This document shows positions 29,411 to 39,698 of a stretch of DNA of 60,489 nucleotides, piece after piece; within the stretch, counting starts at the first letter, position 1, and the number at the start of each line of letters is the position of its first letter. The notes beneath the pieces were generated by a model. That model made no database searches. It saw nothing but the letters and a program-made list of their open reading frames with translations, and had not been told where the DNA came from. Made by a program: the position numbers and the translations under genes. Source of the stretch: an uncultured Staphylococcaceae bacterium (GTDB lineage Bacteria > Bacillota_I > Bacilli_A > RFN20 > CAG-826); assembly GCA_964639215.1 (NCBI GenBank), contig CAZXCV010000007.1, positions 6,316 through 66,804 on the forward strand, read 5' to 3'.

Positions 29411-30015
29411 AACAACTTTCAACGCTCGAAACGTTAATCGAAGCATTTCACCGCCTCCCTGGTGTCGGGCTTAAGTCCGCTGAACGCATGGCCTACAGTC
29501 TCTTAGAAATGGAAACATCTGATGTCCGTGCTTTTATCGAAGCACTTGAAAATGTCAGTAAAAATATTCACCGCTGTCCCATCTGCGGTATTTATACCGA
29601 GCATGAACGCTGTGAAATATGCACCGATAAAACGCGTGATCACCATACGTTAATCGTCGTCAGCTACGTGAAAGATGTCTATGCGTTTGAAAAGCTTGAG
29701 AACCCGCCGTTTGTCTACCATGTCCTCGGGGGCGTCTTATCGGCGGTTAAAGGCATTAATATTGAAGATTTAAGCATTGATGCCATGCTTGAACGTATTA
29801 ATACCGAAGATATCCATGAAGTTATTTTGGCAACTAATCCGACGATTGAAGGAGAAACGACAGCGCTGTTTCTCTCAAAATTATTAATGAACCATCCCGT
29901 TAAAGTAACGCGATTAGCTTATGGTTTACCAATGGGTGGCCATCTTGACTATGCCGATAGTTTAACGTTGGCAAAATCATTGGCTAATCGGACAAAATTG
30001 AAGGGGGAATCATAA
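29407..30015 (+). CDS. recR: recombination protein RecR
   Basis: It has an HhH (LPGVGLKSAERMA), a C4 zinc finger (CPICG...CEIC) and a Toprim domain. Confidence 0.95.
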   Translation: MKQLSTLETLIEAFHRLPGVGLKSAERMAYSLLEMETSDVRAFIEALENVSKNIHRCPICGIYTEHERCEICTDKTRDHHTLIVVSYVKDVYAFEKLENPPFVYHVLGGVLSAVKGINIEDLSIDAMLERINTEDIHEVILATNPTIEGETTALFLSKLLMNHPVKVTRLAYGLPMGGHLDYADSLTLAKSLANRTKLKGES

Positions 30016-30638
30016 TGTTTATTACGATAGAAGGTCCTGAAGGTAGTGGCAAGACAAGTGTCATGAACGTCGTGACGGAACGCCTTATTGCCGATGGATA
30101 CAAAATTGTTCGGACGCGCGAACCAGGTGGAACCCCGATTGCCGAAGAAATTCGTGATATTATCTTAGATCGTCAAAACACTAACCTCGATCCGAGAGCG
30201 GAAGCGTTATTATATGCGGCAAGTCGCCGGCAACACTTAATCGAAAAAGTATGGCCAGCGTTAAATGAAGGAAAAATCGTCATTTGTGATCGCTTTCTCG
30301 ATAGTTCGCTCGCCTATCAAGGTGGGGCACGCAAACTCGGAATTAATAATGTTTTAAAAATTAATTTATTTGCAACTGAAGGAACATATCCCGATTTAAC
30401 ATTGCTCTTTGATATTGATCCCAAACTTGGACTCGCCCGCATTAATAAGACGGCCAATCGGGAAGTTAATCGCCTTGATCTTGAAGCGCTATCTTTTCAT
30501 CGCCTCGTCCGCAAAACATTTTTGAAACTTGCAAAAAAATACCCAAATCGCTATGTGATTATCGATGCTTCATTACCGTTTGATAAAGTTGTGGCCTCCG
30601 CCGAGTACATTATCCGCGCCAAATTACACACGTCATGA
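30015..30638 (+). CDS. tmk: thymidylate kinase
   Basis: It has the P-loop EGPEGSGKT and the DRF motif (CDRFLDSSLAYQG). Confidence 0.95.
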   Translation: MFITIEGPEGSGKTSVMNVVTERLIADGYKIVRTREPGGTPIAEEIRDIILDRQNTNLDPRAEALLYAASRRQHLIEKVWPALNEGKIVICDRFLDSSLAYQGGARKLGINNVLKINLFATEGTYPDLTLLFDIDPKLGLARINKTANREVNRLDLEALSFHRLVRKTFLKLAKKYPNRYVIIDASLPFDKVVASAEYIIRAKLHTS

Positions 30639-31627
30639 ATGTCAGCGCTTATCTTACAAAGCAACAACCATTATTGTTAAAACAATTTAGTAGTGCATTG
30701 CTGCGCCAACATTTATCGCATGCTTATTTATTGTCAGGTGAAGCTGGCGCACCTTTACTTGAAATTGCCAAATACCTAGCCAAATCAATCGTGTGCGAAA
30801 ACGCGACGCCACTCGCTGACGAAACGTGTATGCATTGCCTGCGCATTGACGATGGTAATTATGCAGATATCCAAATATTCGATGGTGGAAACGCGACGAT
30901 TAAAAAAGAAGAAATTCAGCAGCTCGAAACATCGTTTGAACGCACCCCCGTCGAGAAAGCTGGGAAGCTCATCTATATCTTGCATTTAGTGGAAAATTTG
31001 ACCGTCGAAGCGATTAATTCACTGTTAAAATTTTTAGAGGAACCACATCAAGAGGTCTATGCGTTTTTAACGACTGAAAATGAAAACAAGGTGTTAGAAA
31101 CAATTATTTCTAGAAGTCAACGACTGCGCGTTTTGCCGATTAATCGCTCATTGATTATCAAAGATGCGCTCGATGATGGAATTCCTGCTAATGATGCCGA
31201 ACTATTATCGTTCTTTTATCATGATTTGAATATCATGAAAAATGTAATAAACGAAGATTACTATATCTCAATTCGCGATGCGATGATCGAATTTTTCAAA
31301 CAGTTAAATGAAGATGTCAATGAAGCCAAGTTAATTTTTCTTGAACGGTTCAGTGATGCCTTTTTTCAAAAAGACCAATTGCGATTTCTCATTGACGTAT
31401 TTGTACTCATGATCACGGACATTCATCGTTATCAAAATGGGCAAATGCGACAATTACCAAGTTATGCTAAAATATTAAAGCCCCTTACCGAGTGCTTTCC
31501 ACCACTGGCCGAGGTGCTCCATCAATTGATGCTACTACGCGGTCAGATTGAATTGAATGTCAATCCCGCGTTATTGCTTGATCACGTCTTATCTTTGTTA
31601 ACGAAGGAGTTTATTCATGTTAAATGA
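30635..31627 (+). CDS. holB: DNA polymerase III delta-prime subunit
   Basis: It has the AAA+-like fold without an intact P-loop (HAYLLSG), an SRS/SRC-like motif (IISRSQ) and the conserved position after tmk. Confidence 0.85.
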   Translation: MNVSAYLTKQQPLLLKQFSSALLRQHLSHAYLLSGEAGAPLLEIAKYLAKSIVCENATPLADETCMHCLRIDDGNYADIQIFDGGNATIKKEEIQQLETSFERTPVEKAGKLIYILHLVENLTVEAINSLLKFLEEPHQEVYAFLTTENENKVLETIISRSQRLRVLPINRSLIIKDALDDGIPANDAELLSFFYHDLNIMKNVINEDYYISIRDAMIEFFKQLNEDVNEAKLIFLERFSDAFFQKDQLRFLIDVFVLMITDIHRYQNGQMRQLPSYAKILKPLTECFPPLAEVLHQLMLLRGQIELNVNPALLLDHVLSLLTKEFIHVK

Positions 31628-32477
31628 TGCCCCATCCCTAATGGAAACGCCAACTGGCTATTTTGTTGGGATTCGCTTTACCGAAAGCGGTAAGTCATAT
31701 TATTTTGAAACGAAAGATGCGAATCTCGAGCTTGGCGTTTATGTGATTGTGGAAACAGTCCGTGGCCTTGAGCTTGGAACCGTTTCGATGATTCCCGTAA
31801 CATTAGCTAAATATCAAAGTCCCCTCAGCCTCAAACCAATCGTTCGCAAAGCAACAGTTAGCGATATTGAAGCATTTGAGCATAACCGCGAGCAAAGCCG
31901 GAGCGCTTATAAATTTTGCCAAGAACAAATTACATCATTAAAACTGAACATGAACTTGGTATCTGCCGAATACACACTCGATCGCAGTAAGTTGATCTTT
32001 GCCTATCTCGCTGATGAACGCGTCGATTTTCGTGAGTTACTGAAAATATTGGCTTCACACTTCCATACTCGAATTGATTTAAGACAAATAGGTAGTCGCG
32101 ATAAGGCAAAAATGATTGGTGGCATCGGCATTTGCGGTCTCCCCTTATGCTGTGCGACATTTTTGAATGAATTTGATAATATCTCGATTAATCGAGCGAA
32201 GAATCAGTTATTGACGCTTAATATTCCTAAATTATCTGGTCATTGTGGCAAACTCATCTGCTGCCTAAAATATGAAGATGACGCTTATACCGAACTTAAG
32301 GAAGAATTTCCCAAAGTTGGGCAGCGCGTCACTTATGATGGTGAAATTTTCCGCATTACTTCGATGAATATCTTAACAAAGATTATTAAACTTGAAAATT
32401 CTAACGCTGTTCACTTCCTTAAACTTGAAGAAGTTAATCAACTCCCAAAAGTGAGTGCTGAATACCGCAACAAATGA
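31617..32477 (+). CDS. ricT: PSP1-domain protein (RicT/YaaT-like)
   Basis: It has a PSP1 C-terminal domain with the Cys cluster (GICGLPLCC...GHCGKLICCL). Synteny after holB matches Bacillus. Confidence 0.85.
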   Translation: MLNDAPSLMETPTGYFVGIRFTESGKSYYFETKDANLELGVYVIVETVRGLELGTVSMIPVTLAKYQSPLSLKPIVRKATVSDIEAFEHNREQSRSAYKFCQEQITSLKLNMNLVSAEYTLDRSKLIFAYLADERVDFRELLKILASHFHTRIDLRQIGSRDKAKMIGGIGICGLPLCCATFLNEFDNISINRAKNQLLTLNIPKLSGHCGKLICCLKYEDDAYTELKEEFPKVGQRVTYDGEIFRITSMNILTKIIKLENSNAVHFLKLEEVNQLPKVSAEYRNK

Positions 32478-33325
32478 AACGTCATCGTAGCTTTGAAGCA
32501 CCGGTCGCCCGATTATATCTTCTAGCGACACCAATTGGAAATCTTGCTGAGGTATCACCCCGGGCTTTAACCATTCTTGAAAGTGTCGATTACATCGCCT
32601 GTGAAGATACGCGCGTCACCGCCAAACTACTCCACCATTTTTCAATTAAAAAACCGCTAATTACTTGTCATGAACATAATGAAGTACTGGCGGCTAACGA
32701 AATCATCGGTTTGTTACGCGATCAAAAAACGGTCGCCTATGTATCTGATGCTGGATATCCGGGTATCTCTGATCCTGGGCGCCGTCTCGTCGCCTTTGCC
32801 CTGGAATCTGATATCAAAGTTAGCGTCATCTCGGGACCGAGCGCTATTTTAAACGCACTAGTCGCCTCGGGTCTCGACACCGAGCACTTTTATTTTCATG
32901 GTTTTCTGCCAAGTAAGGCTAATGCGCGACGTCAAGATTTAGCATCGCTTTATCTACGCCAAGAGACACTTATTTTTTATGAAGCACCCCATCGAATTAT
33001 CGCCACGCTTAAAGCGATGCGCGATCAATTTGGCAACCGCAAAGCTTGTCTTGCGCGTGAATTAACGAAGAAGTTTGAAGAATATATTTATGGCACGCTC
33101 AATGAACTAGCAGAACTCGACGAAGCGACGCTTAAAGGTGAAATGGTTATCGTCGTCAGTGGCAATCAGGATGAATTCCAAGCCAAGATTGGCGATGATG
33201 AAATCGTCCGCTTTATTCAGTCGCTCACCGATGTCGGCATCTCGACAAAAGACGCCATTAAACAGGCGAGTTCCGTTTTAAAAGTTCATAAAAATTATAT
33301 TTATAAATTAATGCACCGCAGTTAA
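32474..33325 (+). CDS. rsmI: 16S rRNA (cytidine1402-2'-O)-methyltransferase
   Basis: It belongs to the tetrapyrrole-methylase-fold RsmI family (LYLLATPIGNL, CEDTR, SDAGYPGISDPG). Confidence 0.9.
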   Translation: MKRHRSFEAPVARLYLLATPIGNLAEVSPRALTILESVDYIACEDTRVTAKLLHHFSIKKPLITCHEHNEVLAANEIIGLLRDQKTVAYVSDAGYPGISDPGRRLVAFALESDIKVSVISGPSAILNALVASGLDTEHFYFHGFLPSKANARRQDLASLYLRQETLIFYEAPHRIIATLKAMRDQFGNRKACLARELTKKFEEYIYGTLNELAELDEATLKGEMVIVVSGNQDEFQAKIGDDEIVRFIQSLTDVGISTKDAIKQASSVLKVHKNYIYKLMHRS

Positions 33326-36300
33326 GTCGTCGCATCAAGTGGAAGCGCGGGGTCATCCTCGCGTTTTTGTCTGAGCGTCGTCACTAAATAAACCGCTGCC
33401 CAGCTCCCACCGAATAAAGCAAAGCCTGCTAGAGAAATCAGTAAACCTTCAGTCAAATATGGCGTCCAATAAGACACGATATATTCGGTTTGTCCTACTT
33501 CTGAGAGGAAGCCAACGAAGCCTCCTTGCGCTTTATAAACTTTCGGGGTGGTCGTAACGCCATCTCCGCTAATTGCTTTGATGGACCAGCCCGGGTCATA
33601 GGGCGTCGTCAACACGATAAAGCGCGCTTCATTGAAATTAGTCGTAAATGTTTGACGATTGGCGCTATAGGCAAAGTTTTCTAAAGGATAAGCGGCTAAA
33701 TCGTCGTGTCGTGTTAGGAAGTTGCCATAAGGCTCGCCATACAACCGTGGATAATCAATATCAAAGGTCGTGACGTTTTTCGGGATAATCATGATTTTAG
33801 CGACTGGTTCGTCGGCGTAAAATCCTCGCATGTGCTTAAAACTCGAAGTAACAAATGAATGGGCATCGCGCACGATGATTTCATTCGCTTGATTAAGTAA
33901 ATACACCGTGGCATGATGTGTTAACCGTAGTTCTAATGCGTAAAAGTAATCTTGATCTTCCGTTCCAAAGTAAGGTCCATCATTGGGTTCAATCATGATG
34001 GCAGAGCGATGGCCAACATAACCAGCAATCTTGCTATTTACATAAATGAGACGACGGCTACAACCGATGTACCCATCGGTGCGTAACGGATCGATATATT
34101 CACCTTGTTCGATTGGACAGGTGATGAGGGTAACGTCGGTGGATTGATACTGAATATTACGATTTGGTCGCGAAATTCTTGCTAAATTAGGCGCGCCACT
34201 CAGCACTTCATCAACATCGGTATTTCGTAAAATCGCACCGCGTAAATACGCTTCTTCATTTGCCAATACTTCAGTCGTCGTATTCACATAAAAATCAGAT
34301 CGTCCCGTTGTCTCATTGTAATTAGTATCAATTAAGGTGTCATAAGAAAAGCCACCCTCGATATAATTCGTATTCATGTAGACTGTGTGTAAATCAGTCG
34401 TATACTCATCCATTTTGATAAAGCCATGCGGTACATTTTGATAAAGAAAGTTTCGTCGTCCATCTTCACCGATTTGACTCGTCCATGAATCATATTCATT
34501 TTTCAACATGTAATATTTGATGTTCAAAAAGAGATCGAGATTATAACGTTTTTCATGATATCCGAGTGACCAACCGTTATGGTTATAATTCATGTGTGAC
34601 CATTCATTGAATTCGGTCGTGTAAAAATTATAGAGCGAATGAAACGCACCAAGACCGTTATAACCAAGGCGCATGTTAATATTGCTGGATTCACCAGCAT
34701 TTAGATTATAAATGCGATAAAAACTTTGATCGTCAGTCGTGATTTTTTTAATAATCGCTCGTTCATCATTGACGATTTCTAAGCCGCTATCATAGTCATT
34801 AACATAGAAAATGAGCCCTTGCATCGACATTGTCATCGCCCCCATGACAATCGCCTCAAGCGTCACGAACCATGTCAGATACTTCGTGAAAATTTGGCGT
34901 CTTGCATGCACGCGCATGATGATATAAGCGGCCACGATGACTGCAAGTTGGTAAATACCAATATAAAGTCGTTCTTCGAGTGCCGAGAAACCATATTTAT
35001 ATTGGAATTGGCTTGCCTGATAAAACGTCAAGGCGGCCATCACCAGCACCACGGCGCCAGACACATCATAATACCAACGTTTAAATTCATGACGCTCCTC
35101 AAAGTTAATCGCGATATAGGCGATTAACGAAACAACCACGAAGATTTGCCACCGTCCGTAATCAACGGTAAAGCCATGGAAAAGTTGATAAAAGAATGGC
35201 GTGAATAACGCAAAACTAAAGAATAGGAGTGGAATCAGATGACTAAATTTCTTTTTGCGCAGCGAATGGATGAGCGAGGGGATAAAAAGCAACATGATCG
35301 GGGTATAAATGAAGAGGCTTGAAATGGTGTTATCATAAGCGCTCGTTCTTAATAACGTGGAGCTGCGGTTACTGACGGTTGGGAAGAAAAAAGTAATCAG
35401 TGGATACAGTTTTTTATAAGGCGATGACCAGGCTGTCACATATTCGTAGACGACATCCCAATTTTTGACTTCAATCACAGCTAAAAGTCGTTCGAGATAA
35501 CTGGCATTGACAGCCCGATCGCTCATGGTTGCCACAATAATCGATGGCCAAAATACAAACGCCGACATCATAATTCCAGTCGCGAACGCGAATACACCAA
35601 GTGGTGCTGTAATCAGACGATCTTTCCAACTCTTCTTAGGCGCAACTTGAAAATAACGGAATAGCGCGTAGATCACGCCGACCATCGCGGCCGTGACGAG
35701 GAAGAAATAATTCGTTAATCCCATGAGGAATAATGCAAAAATTAAAAACCATGGGCGTTTATCTTTGAGTAATTTTTCTATTCCAAGGAAGATAAGGGGG
35801 AAAACGACCGCAACTTCCATAAAGTGATTGAACCACAAGTAATAAGTAATCCATCCGCAATAAGCGTAGACGAGTCCAAATAACCGGGCTGATTTTTCAC
35901 TGACACCAAAGTATCGTAAATATAGCCGCATTGCCAATCCAGCCAGGACGTTTTTGGTAATCATTAAAATCGCCAGCCCTTGTGGCACTAGTGCGCGTGG
36001 AAATAAGATAATCGGAATGAAAAATGGATTGAGGTAATAGTAAAATGAATTGCTGCCAATATTATTAACGCCAAGATATGTGGAACTATCCCATAAGACG
36101 AATTCACCAGTCTTGATGAAATGCCACCAATCGTCATAACCGTTAAAGTAAAACGGAATTTGCTGAAGCACATAATCGCCACTTAATGGAATCGTAAATA
36201 AATTGCTGATGAGGGCGACGCCATAAAAACAGATACCGACCAAGGTTAGATAAATAATATAGCGAAGCATACTATGTTCATCTTTGAGGGCTACCATCAA

Positions 36301-36387
36301 ACGATGGAACGATTTTGAAAACCAAGCGGTAATATGTGCGCTTGTTCGTTTGGTTGATTGTTTAATTTGGCTCATTAAATTGTTCAT
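33322..36387 (-). CDS. YfhO-family large polytopic membrane (glycosyltransferase-like) protein
   Basis: 1021 aa. The N-terminal half has many TM helices, followed by a large extracytoplasmic domain and a C-terminal TM helix. This architecture is typical of the YfhO family. Confidence 0.7.
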   Translation of the reverse strand: MNNLMSQIKQSTKRTSAHITAWFSKSFHRLMVALKDEHSMLRYIIYLTLVGICFYGVALISNLFTIPLSGDYVLQQIPFYFNGYDDWWHFIKTGEFVLWDSSTYLGVNNIGSNSFYYYLNPFFIPIILFPRALVPQGLAILMITKNVLAGLAMRLYLRYFGVSEKSARLFGLVYAYCGWITYYLWFNHFMEVAVVFPLIFLGIEKLLKDKRPWFLIFALFLMGLTNYFFLVTAAMVGVIYALFRYFQVAPKKSWKDRLITAPLGVFAFATGIMMSAFVFWPSIIVATMSDRAVNASYLERLLAVIEVKNWDVVYEYVTAWSSPYKKLYPLITFFFPTVSNRSSTLLRTSAYDNTISSLFIYTPIMLLFIPSLIHSLRKKKFSHLIPLLFFSFALFTPFFYQLFHGFTVDYGRWQIFVVVSLIAYIAINFEERHEFKRWYYDVSGAVVLVMAALTFYQASQFQYKYGFSALEERLYIGIYQLAVIVAAYIIMRVHARRQIFTKYLTWFVTLEAIVMGAMTMSMQGLIFYVNDYDSGLEIVNDERAIIKKITTDDQSFYRIYNLNAGESSNINMRLGYNGLGAFHSLYNFYTTEFNEWSHMNYNHNGWSLGYHEKRYNLDLFLNIKYYMLKNEYDSWTSQIGEDGRRNFLYQNVPHGFIKMDEYTTDLHTVYMNTNYIEGGFSYDTLIDTNYNETTGRSDFYVNTTTEVLANEEAYLRGAILRNTDVDEVLSGAPNLARISRPNRNIQYQSTDVTLITCPIEQGEYIDPLRTDGYIGCSRRLIYVNSKIAGYVGHRSAIMIEPNDGPYFGTEDQDYFYALELRLTHHATVYLLNQANEIIVRDAHSFVTSSFKHMRGFYADEPVAKIMIIPKNVTTFDIDYPRLYGEPYGNFLTRHDDLAAYPLENFAYSANRQTFTTNFNEARFIVLTTPYDPGWSIKAISGDGVTTTPKVYKAQGGFVGFLSEVGQTEYIVSYWTPYLTEGLLISLAGFALFGGSWAAVYLVTTLRQKREDDPALPLDATT

Positions 36388-36423
36388 TTTAATCGAAACA
36401 TATTAATTATAACTAGTTACTAT

Positions 36424-37392
36424 CTATTTTCTAATAGGAGTTTGTTTTTTTCTAAAGACGACCGGCTCGTCTTTTTTACTAGTCGGAGCTTTCATAAATA
36501 CTTTGAGAAATTCAACTGGTAACTTCGCTTTGAAACTGTATCCTTTGCCAGTCTCGGGATGTTTTATTTCCAAAGCGTAAGCATGAAGCCCCAAGCGATT
36601 GATCGGATTGAGTAACGTGTCGTATTTATCGTCTCCGACAACTGGATGACCGATATGGCGCAGTTGCACGCGGATTTGATTTTTTCTTCCTGAATCGATG
36701 TTAACGTCAAGCAGGGCATAATCAGGTGCGCTTTTAATCACTTTATAATGTGTGATTGCTAACTGTCCGTCGCCACTTCGATCAGAAATGTACATTAAGT
36801 GGGTACTTGTTTCCTTCAAGTAGTGTCGTAAAGTATCGACTTCTTTTTTCGGAACACCAGCGACAAGTGCATAATAGCCACGTTTTGTGACTAAATCATT
36901 CCATGCGTCTTGCCATTTCTTACGTAACGAGTCCGACTTTGCAAAAAGTAACACACCTGAAGTATCTTGGTCAATTCGATGAACAACGAAGACGCGGGCT
37001 TTAGGATCGATCCCCCGGAGATAATCCATTACTTGCCGATAAGCAGTCGCGGCTTTTTCTTTATCGGAAGCAATTGAAAGGAGTCCCGCGGGTTTATTAA
37101 TGGCAATCATCTCCTGGTCTTCATAAATAATGTCGATTTTTGGTGATGTGTGACGATCAAGGCGTTGCTTAGCAATCATCACAATGTCCCCAGGATAGAC
37201 AACAAAATCAAATTGAGCAACTGGTGCACCATCGACGGCGACTTGTCGCCTCTTGAGTAACGACTTGATATTGTTCCGAGAAACACCAGGAACATTTTCT
37301 AACAAAAACTCGAGTAACCCGCTTTGCTTTTTTACGCGGATTTGATTGCTGAATTCAGTTTGTGAACGGGAATTATGGTTATTTCTCATCAT
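36424..37392 (-). CDS. RluA-family pseudouridine synthase with N-terminal S4 domain
   Basis: It has the catalytic motif HRIDQDTSGVLLFAK and an S4-like N-terminus. The stop codon is TAG. Confidence 0.85.
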   Translation of the reverse strand: MMRNNHNSRSQTEFSNQIRVKKQSGLLEFLLENVPGVSRNNIKSLLKRRQVAVDGAPVAQFDFVVYPGDIVMIAKQRLDRHTSPKIDIIYEDQEMIAINKPAGLLSIASDKEKAATAYRQVMDYLRGIDPKARVFVVHRIDQDTSGVLLFAKSDSLRKKWQDAWNDLVTKRGYYALVAGVPKKEVDTLRHYLKETSTHLMYISDRSGDGQLAITHYKVIKSAPDYALLDVNIDSGRKNQIRVQLRHIGHPVVGDDKYDTLLNPINRLGLHAYALEIKHPETGKGYSFKAKLPVEFLKVFMKAPTSKKDEPVVFRKKQTPIRK

Positions 37393-38302
37393 TCATTTCC
37401 TTGATAAATCGTCCGTAGCGACGCACGCTTCGATATGGCATGCGCACTAGTTCATCTTTCTTGTGATATTGAGCGGTGGTATACCAGCCATCAAAACGAT
37501 AGCCTGCTTGTGTTGGTAACGTGATATCGCTGATGTCTTCTTGGCCACGGTATCGTACCTCTCGATAGTATTGACCGTCGATATATAGTAACATTGGTCG
37601 CTTAAATGACAAGAAATAAATGATGATAAACATCGATAAAAATGACATGGGAATAATAACTGCTAGCCATGGGAACTCACCGTAGATCGTTAGCCAAACG
37701 GAACTCGTTTCATGGCGAGTTCGATCAATCAGTTGGCCACTACCATCATAATTGGGGGTACGATAAACAAGACGATAGCCATGATAACCATTACGAAGCG
37801 GTCGATAAGTCGTTCCTGTCGCGCCAGCGATATCCCGCCAAACACCCGTTTCATTTAATTTCATTTGCCACTGATATCTGACGTCAGTTTGCATTGCTTC
37901 AAATAGTTCAAACGATAATGTGATTGTTCCGCTTTTGAATTCATCGCCCACACTTGACATGCTTAATTGAGCTTTCATGACACTATCATCTTGATAGTCC
38001 CAACGCGCATATAACATCATTGAGTTCATAACTGGTGTTGAAAAATTCCAGGTTTCTTCAAAATCAAGTCCGAGATACCAACCATTAAGACTAACATTTT
38101 CACGCATAATATACGTCGGGGCACTGATTGGTGCTGGTTCATCAAGCGTGATACTTGAAAGTGATTGGTCATCGTTTACAATCGAAAAGGTAATCGTAAG
38201 CGTCTCCGCCTGAACGCCTAAAACGTTCCTAAATGGAAAAAGACCGAGCCAACATAAAAGCGTCCCGCTGACGAATATTAATTTATGAAACCGTTTAATC
38301 AC
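37379..38302 (-). CDS. single-pass membrane protein with InlB B-repeat (Listeria-Bacteroides repeat)-like modules
   Basis: It has a signal or anchor sequence and GWY-containing repeats (LNGWYLGLDFEETWNFSTPV; GYRFDGWYTTAQY). An Ig-like middle segment and a TM helix at about residues 222-244 are also present. Confidence 0.5.
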   Translation of the reverse strand: MIKRFHKLIFVSGTLLCWLGLFPFRNVLGVQAETLTITFSIVNDDQSLSSITLDEPAPISAPTYIMRENVSLNGWYLGLDFEETWNFSTPVMNSMMLYARWDYQDDSVMKAQLSMSSVGDEFKSGTITLSFELFEAMQTDVRYQWQMKLNETGVWRDIAGATGTTYRPLRNGYHGYRLVYRTPNYDGSGQLIDRTRHETSSVWLTIYGEFPWLAVIIPMSFLSMFIIIYFLSFKRPMLLYIDGQYYREVRYRGQEDISDITLPTQAGYRFDGWYTTAQYHKKDELVRMPYRSVRRYGRFIKEMNDEK

Positions 38303-38972
38303 TGTTAAAACGCTGGACCGTTAAGGAGACGGTGAGGTTTCCATTCCGTTCCCGGATTTCATCAAGCAACATTTTCGGCGAAGCACTTTTCTTTAAGACG
38401 ACAAAAAAAGTTAACTCAAACATCGTGCCAAAATCAGTCGTACGTACACGATTTGTATGATAAGAGAGACATGCTTCTTTGAGTAAATCATCAAATAAAT
38501 TTTCGAAGTTAAGGCTTTCGGGTACAATGATTTTTAACACCATGTGACGATCGCTCGTTTGGCCAAACTTCACCATGTACATTGTAAATAGAGCAATCAT
38601 CATGATGAGTGTGAACACAGCTGAATAGGCAATGTATCCAGTGCCATTAATGACACCAATGACGACTGTTAATAGTATAAAAGCAATGTCCTCGGTTTCT
38701 TTTTGTTGGGTCCGAAATCGCGTTAAGGCAAAGAGTCCACCAACAGCGATGCCACCAGCAAGATTCGTCGACAGCATGATGATGAGCATCGAGACAACGG
38801 GTGGGATAATTACAAGTGTCCATGGAAAATCATGGGTAAAACCGACTTCACGTTTTATGCGCATATAAAATATTGCGAGGACAAGACCAAGTATTAATGA
38901 AACAAGTGTCGCAATCAAAGCGACCATAATAATATCGGCGACATAAAGTTGAATTGGGTCAAATATATTCAT
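38295..38972 (-). CDS. DUF4956-domain membrane protein
   Basis: It has 4-5 TM helices and the family-typical segment GGLFALTRFRTQQKETEDIAFILLTVVIGV, plus a C-terminal soluble domain. It overlaps both neighbours. Confidence 0.7.
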   Translation of the reverse strand: MNIFDPIQLYVADIIMVALIATLVSLILGLVLAIFYMRIKREVGFTHDFPWTLVIIPPVVSMLIIMLSTNLAGGIAVGGLFALTRFRTQQKETEDIAFILLTVVIGVINGTGYIAYSAVFTLIMMIALFTMYMVKFGQTSDRHMVLKIIVPESLNFENLFDDLLKEACLSYHTNRVRTTDFGTMFELTFFVVLKKSASPKMLLDEIRERNGNLTVSLTVQRFNSD

Positions 38973-39696
38973 CTGGATCGAGCTCCTTTTTCATGCGTTT
39001 TTCAAATTCCTTACCGTATTTTGAAAAACTAGTTAAATAAATTTTATACTGGCTTAACGCCTTTGCAAACCATAGTGGCATCGCTTTACCAACTTTGACT
39101 TCCATGAGGCGATAATCATCGTCAATGAGGCGTTGGCCACTTGGACGATAATCGAAGGCAAAGTTTGATCTCCGTGTATAAATATTGTGGTCAATCGTCA
39201 GCCGAAACATCTTCGTTTCACGGTCGATATATGCATGACGTTCATAACTGATAAACACGGATGGGACGATGGCATATACCTGTAAATAATAACCGATTTC
39301 ACCGAGGATTTGACGTGAATAATAATCTTCTTTTATCGGGATATTATGTTCATGAATCAAGCCATTTGCTTCTGCTAAAGTTAATTTGACCCGTCGTTTA
39401 ATACCCACGCCTTGATATTTGCGTTTAATCTCGAGATATACCTCATCGGATGGATCATCACATGTCCCATACTTTCGTAAGCGGAGTTTTTCTTTAAACT
39501 TCGGTTGATCAATGGATCGACGGATTACATCATGATCGGGCGTATCAAAGTAAATCGTTCTCACCGTGTAGGTTTCGCCATTAAGACAAAAAGGATCGAG
39601 ATCCATATGCTTCTCGATAATTGGCAAAATATCTTCTAACTGTGCTTTAGTTAGTAAGAACTTTTTTTCGTAGCGGCGAAAAACATTAATGACCAT
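38959..39696 (-). CDS. VTC-domain protein (triphosphate tunnel metalloenzyme, polyphosphate-polymerase-like)
   Basis: 245 aa. Alternating charged beta-strands are typical of the Vtc4-like tunnel: RYEKKFLL, RTIYFDTP, LRLRKY, YLEIKRK, KRRVKL, SYERHAY, RLTIDHN, LMEVKV. Confidence 0.7.
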   Translation of the reverse strand: MVINVFRRYEKKFLLTKAQLEDILPIIEKHMDLDPFCLNGETYTVRTIYFDTPDHDVIRRSIDQPKFKEKLRLRKYGTCDDPSDEVYLEIKRKYQGVGIKRRVKLTLAEANGLIHEHNIPIKEDYYSRQILGEIGYYLQVYAIVPSVFISYERHAYIDRETKMFRLTIDHNIYTRRSNFAFDYRPSGQRLIDDDYRLMEVKVGKAMPLWFAKALSQYKIYLTSFSKYGKEFEKRMKKELDPDEYI

Positions 39697-39698
39697 AG

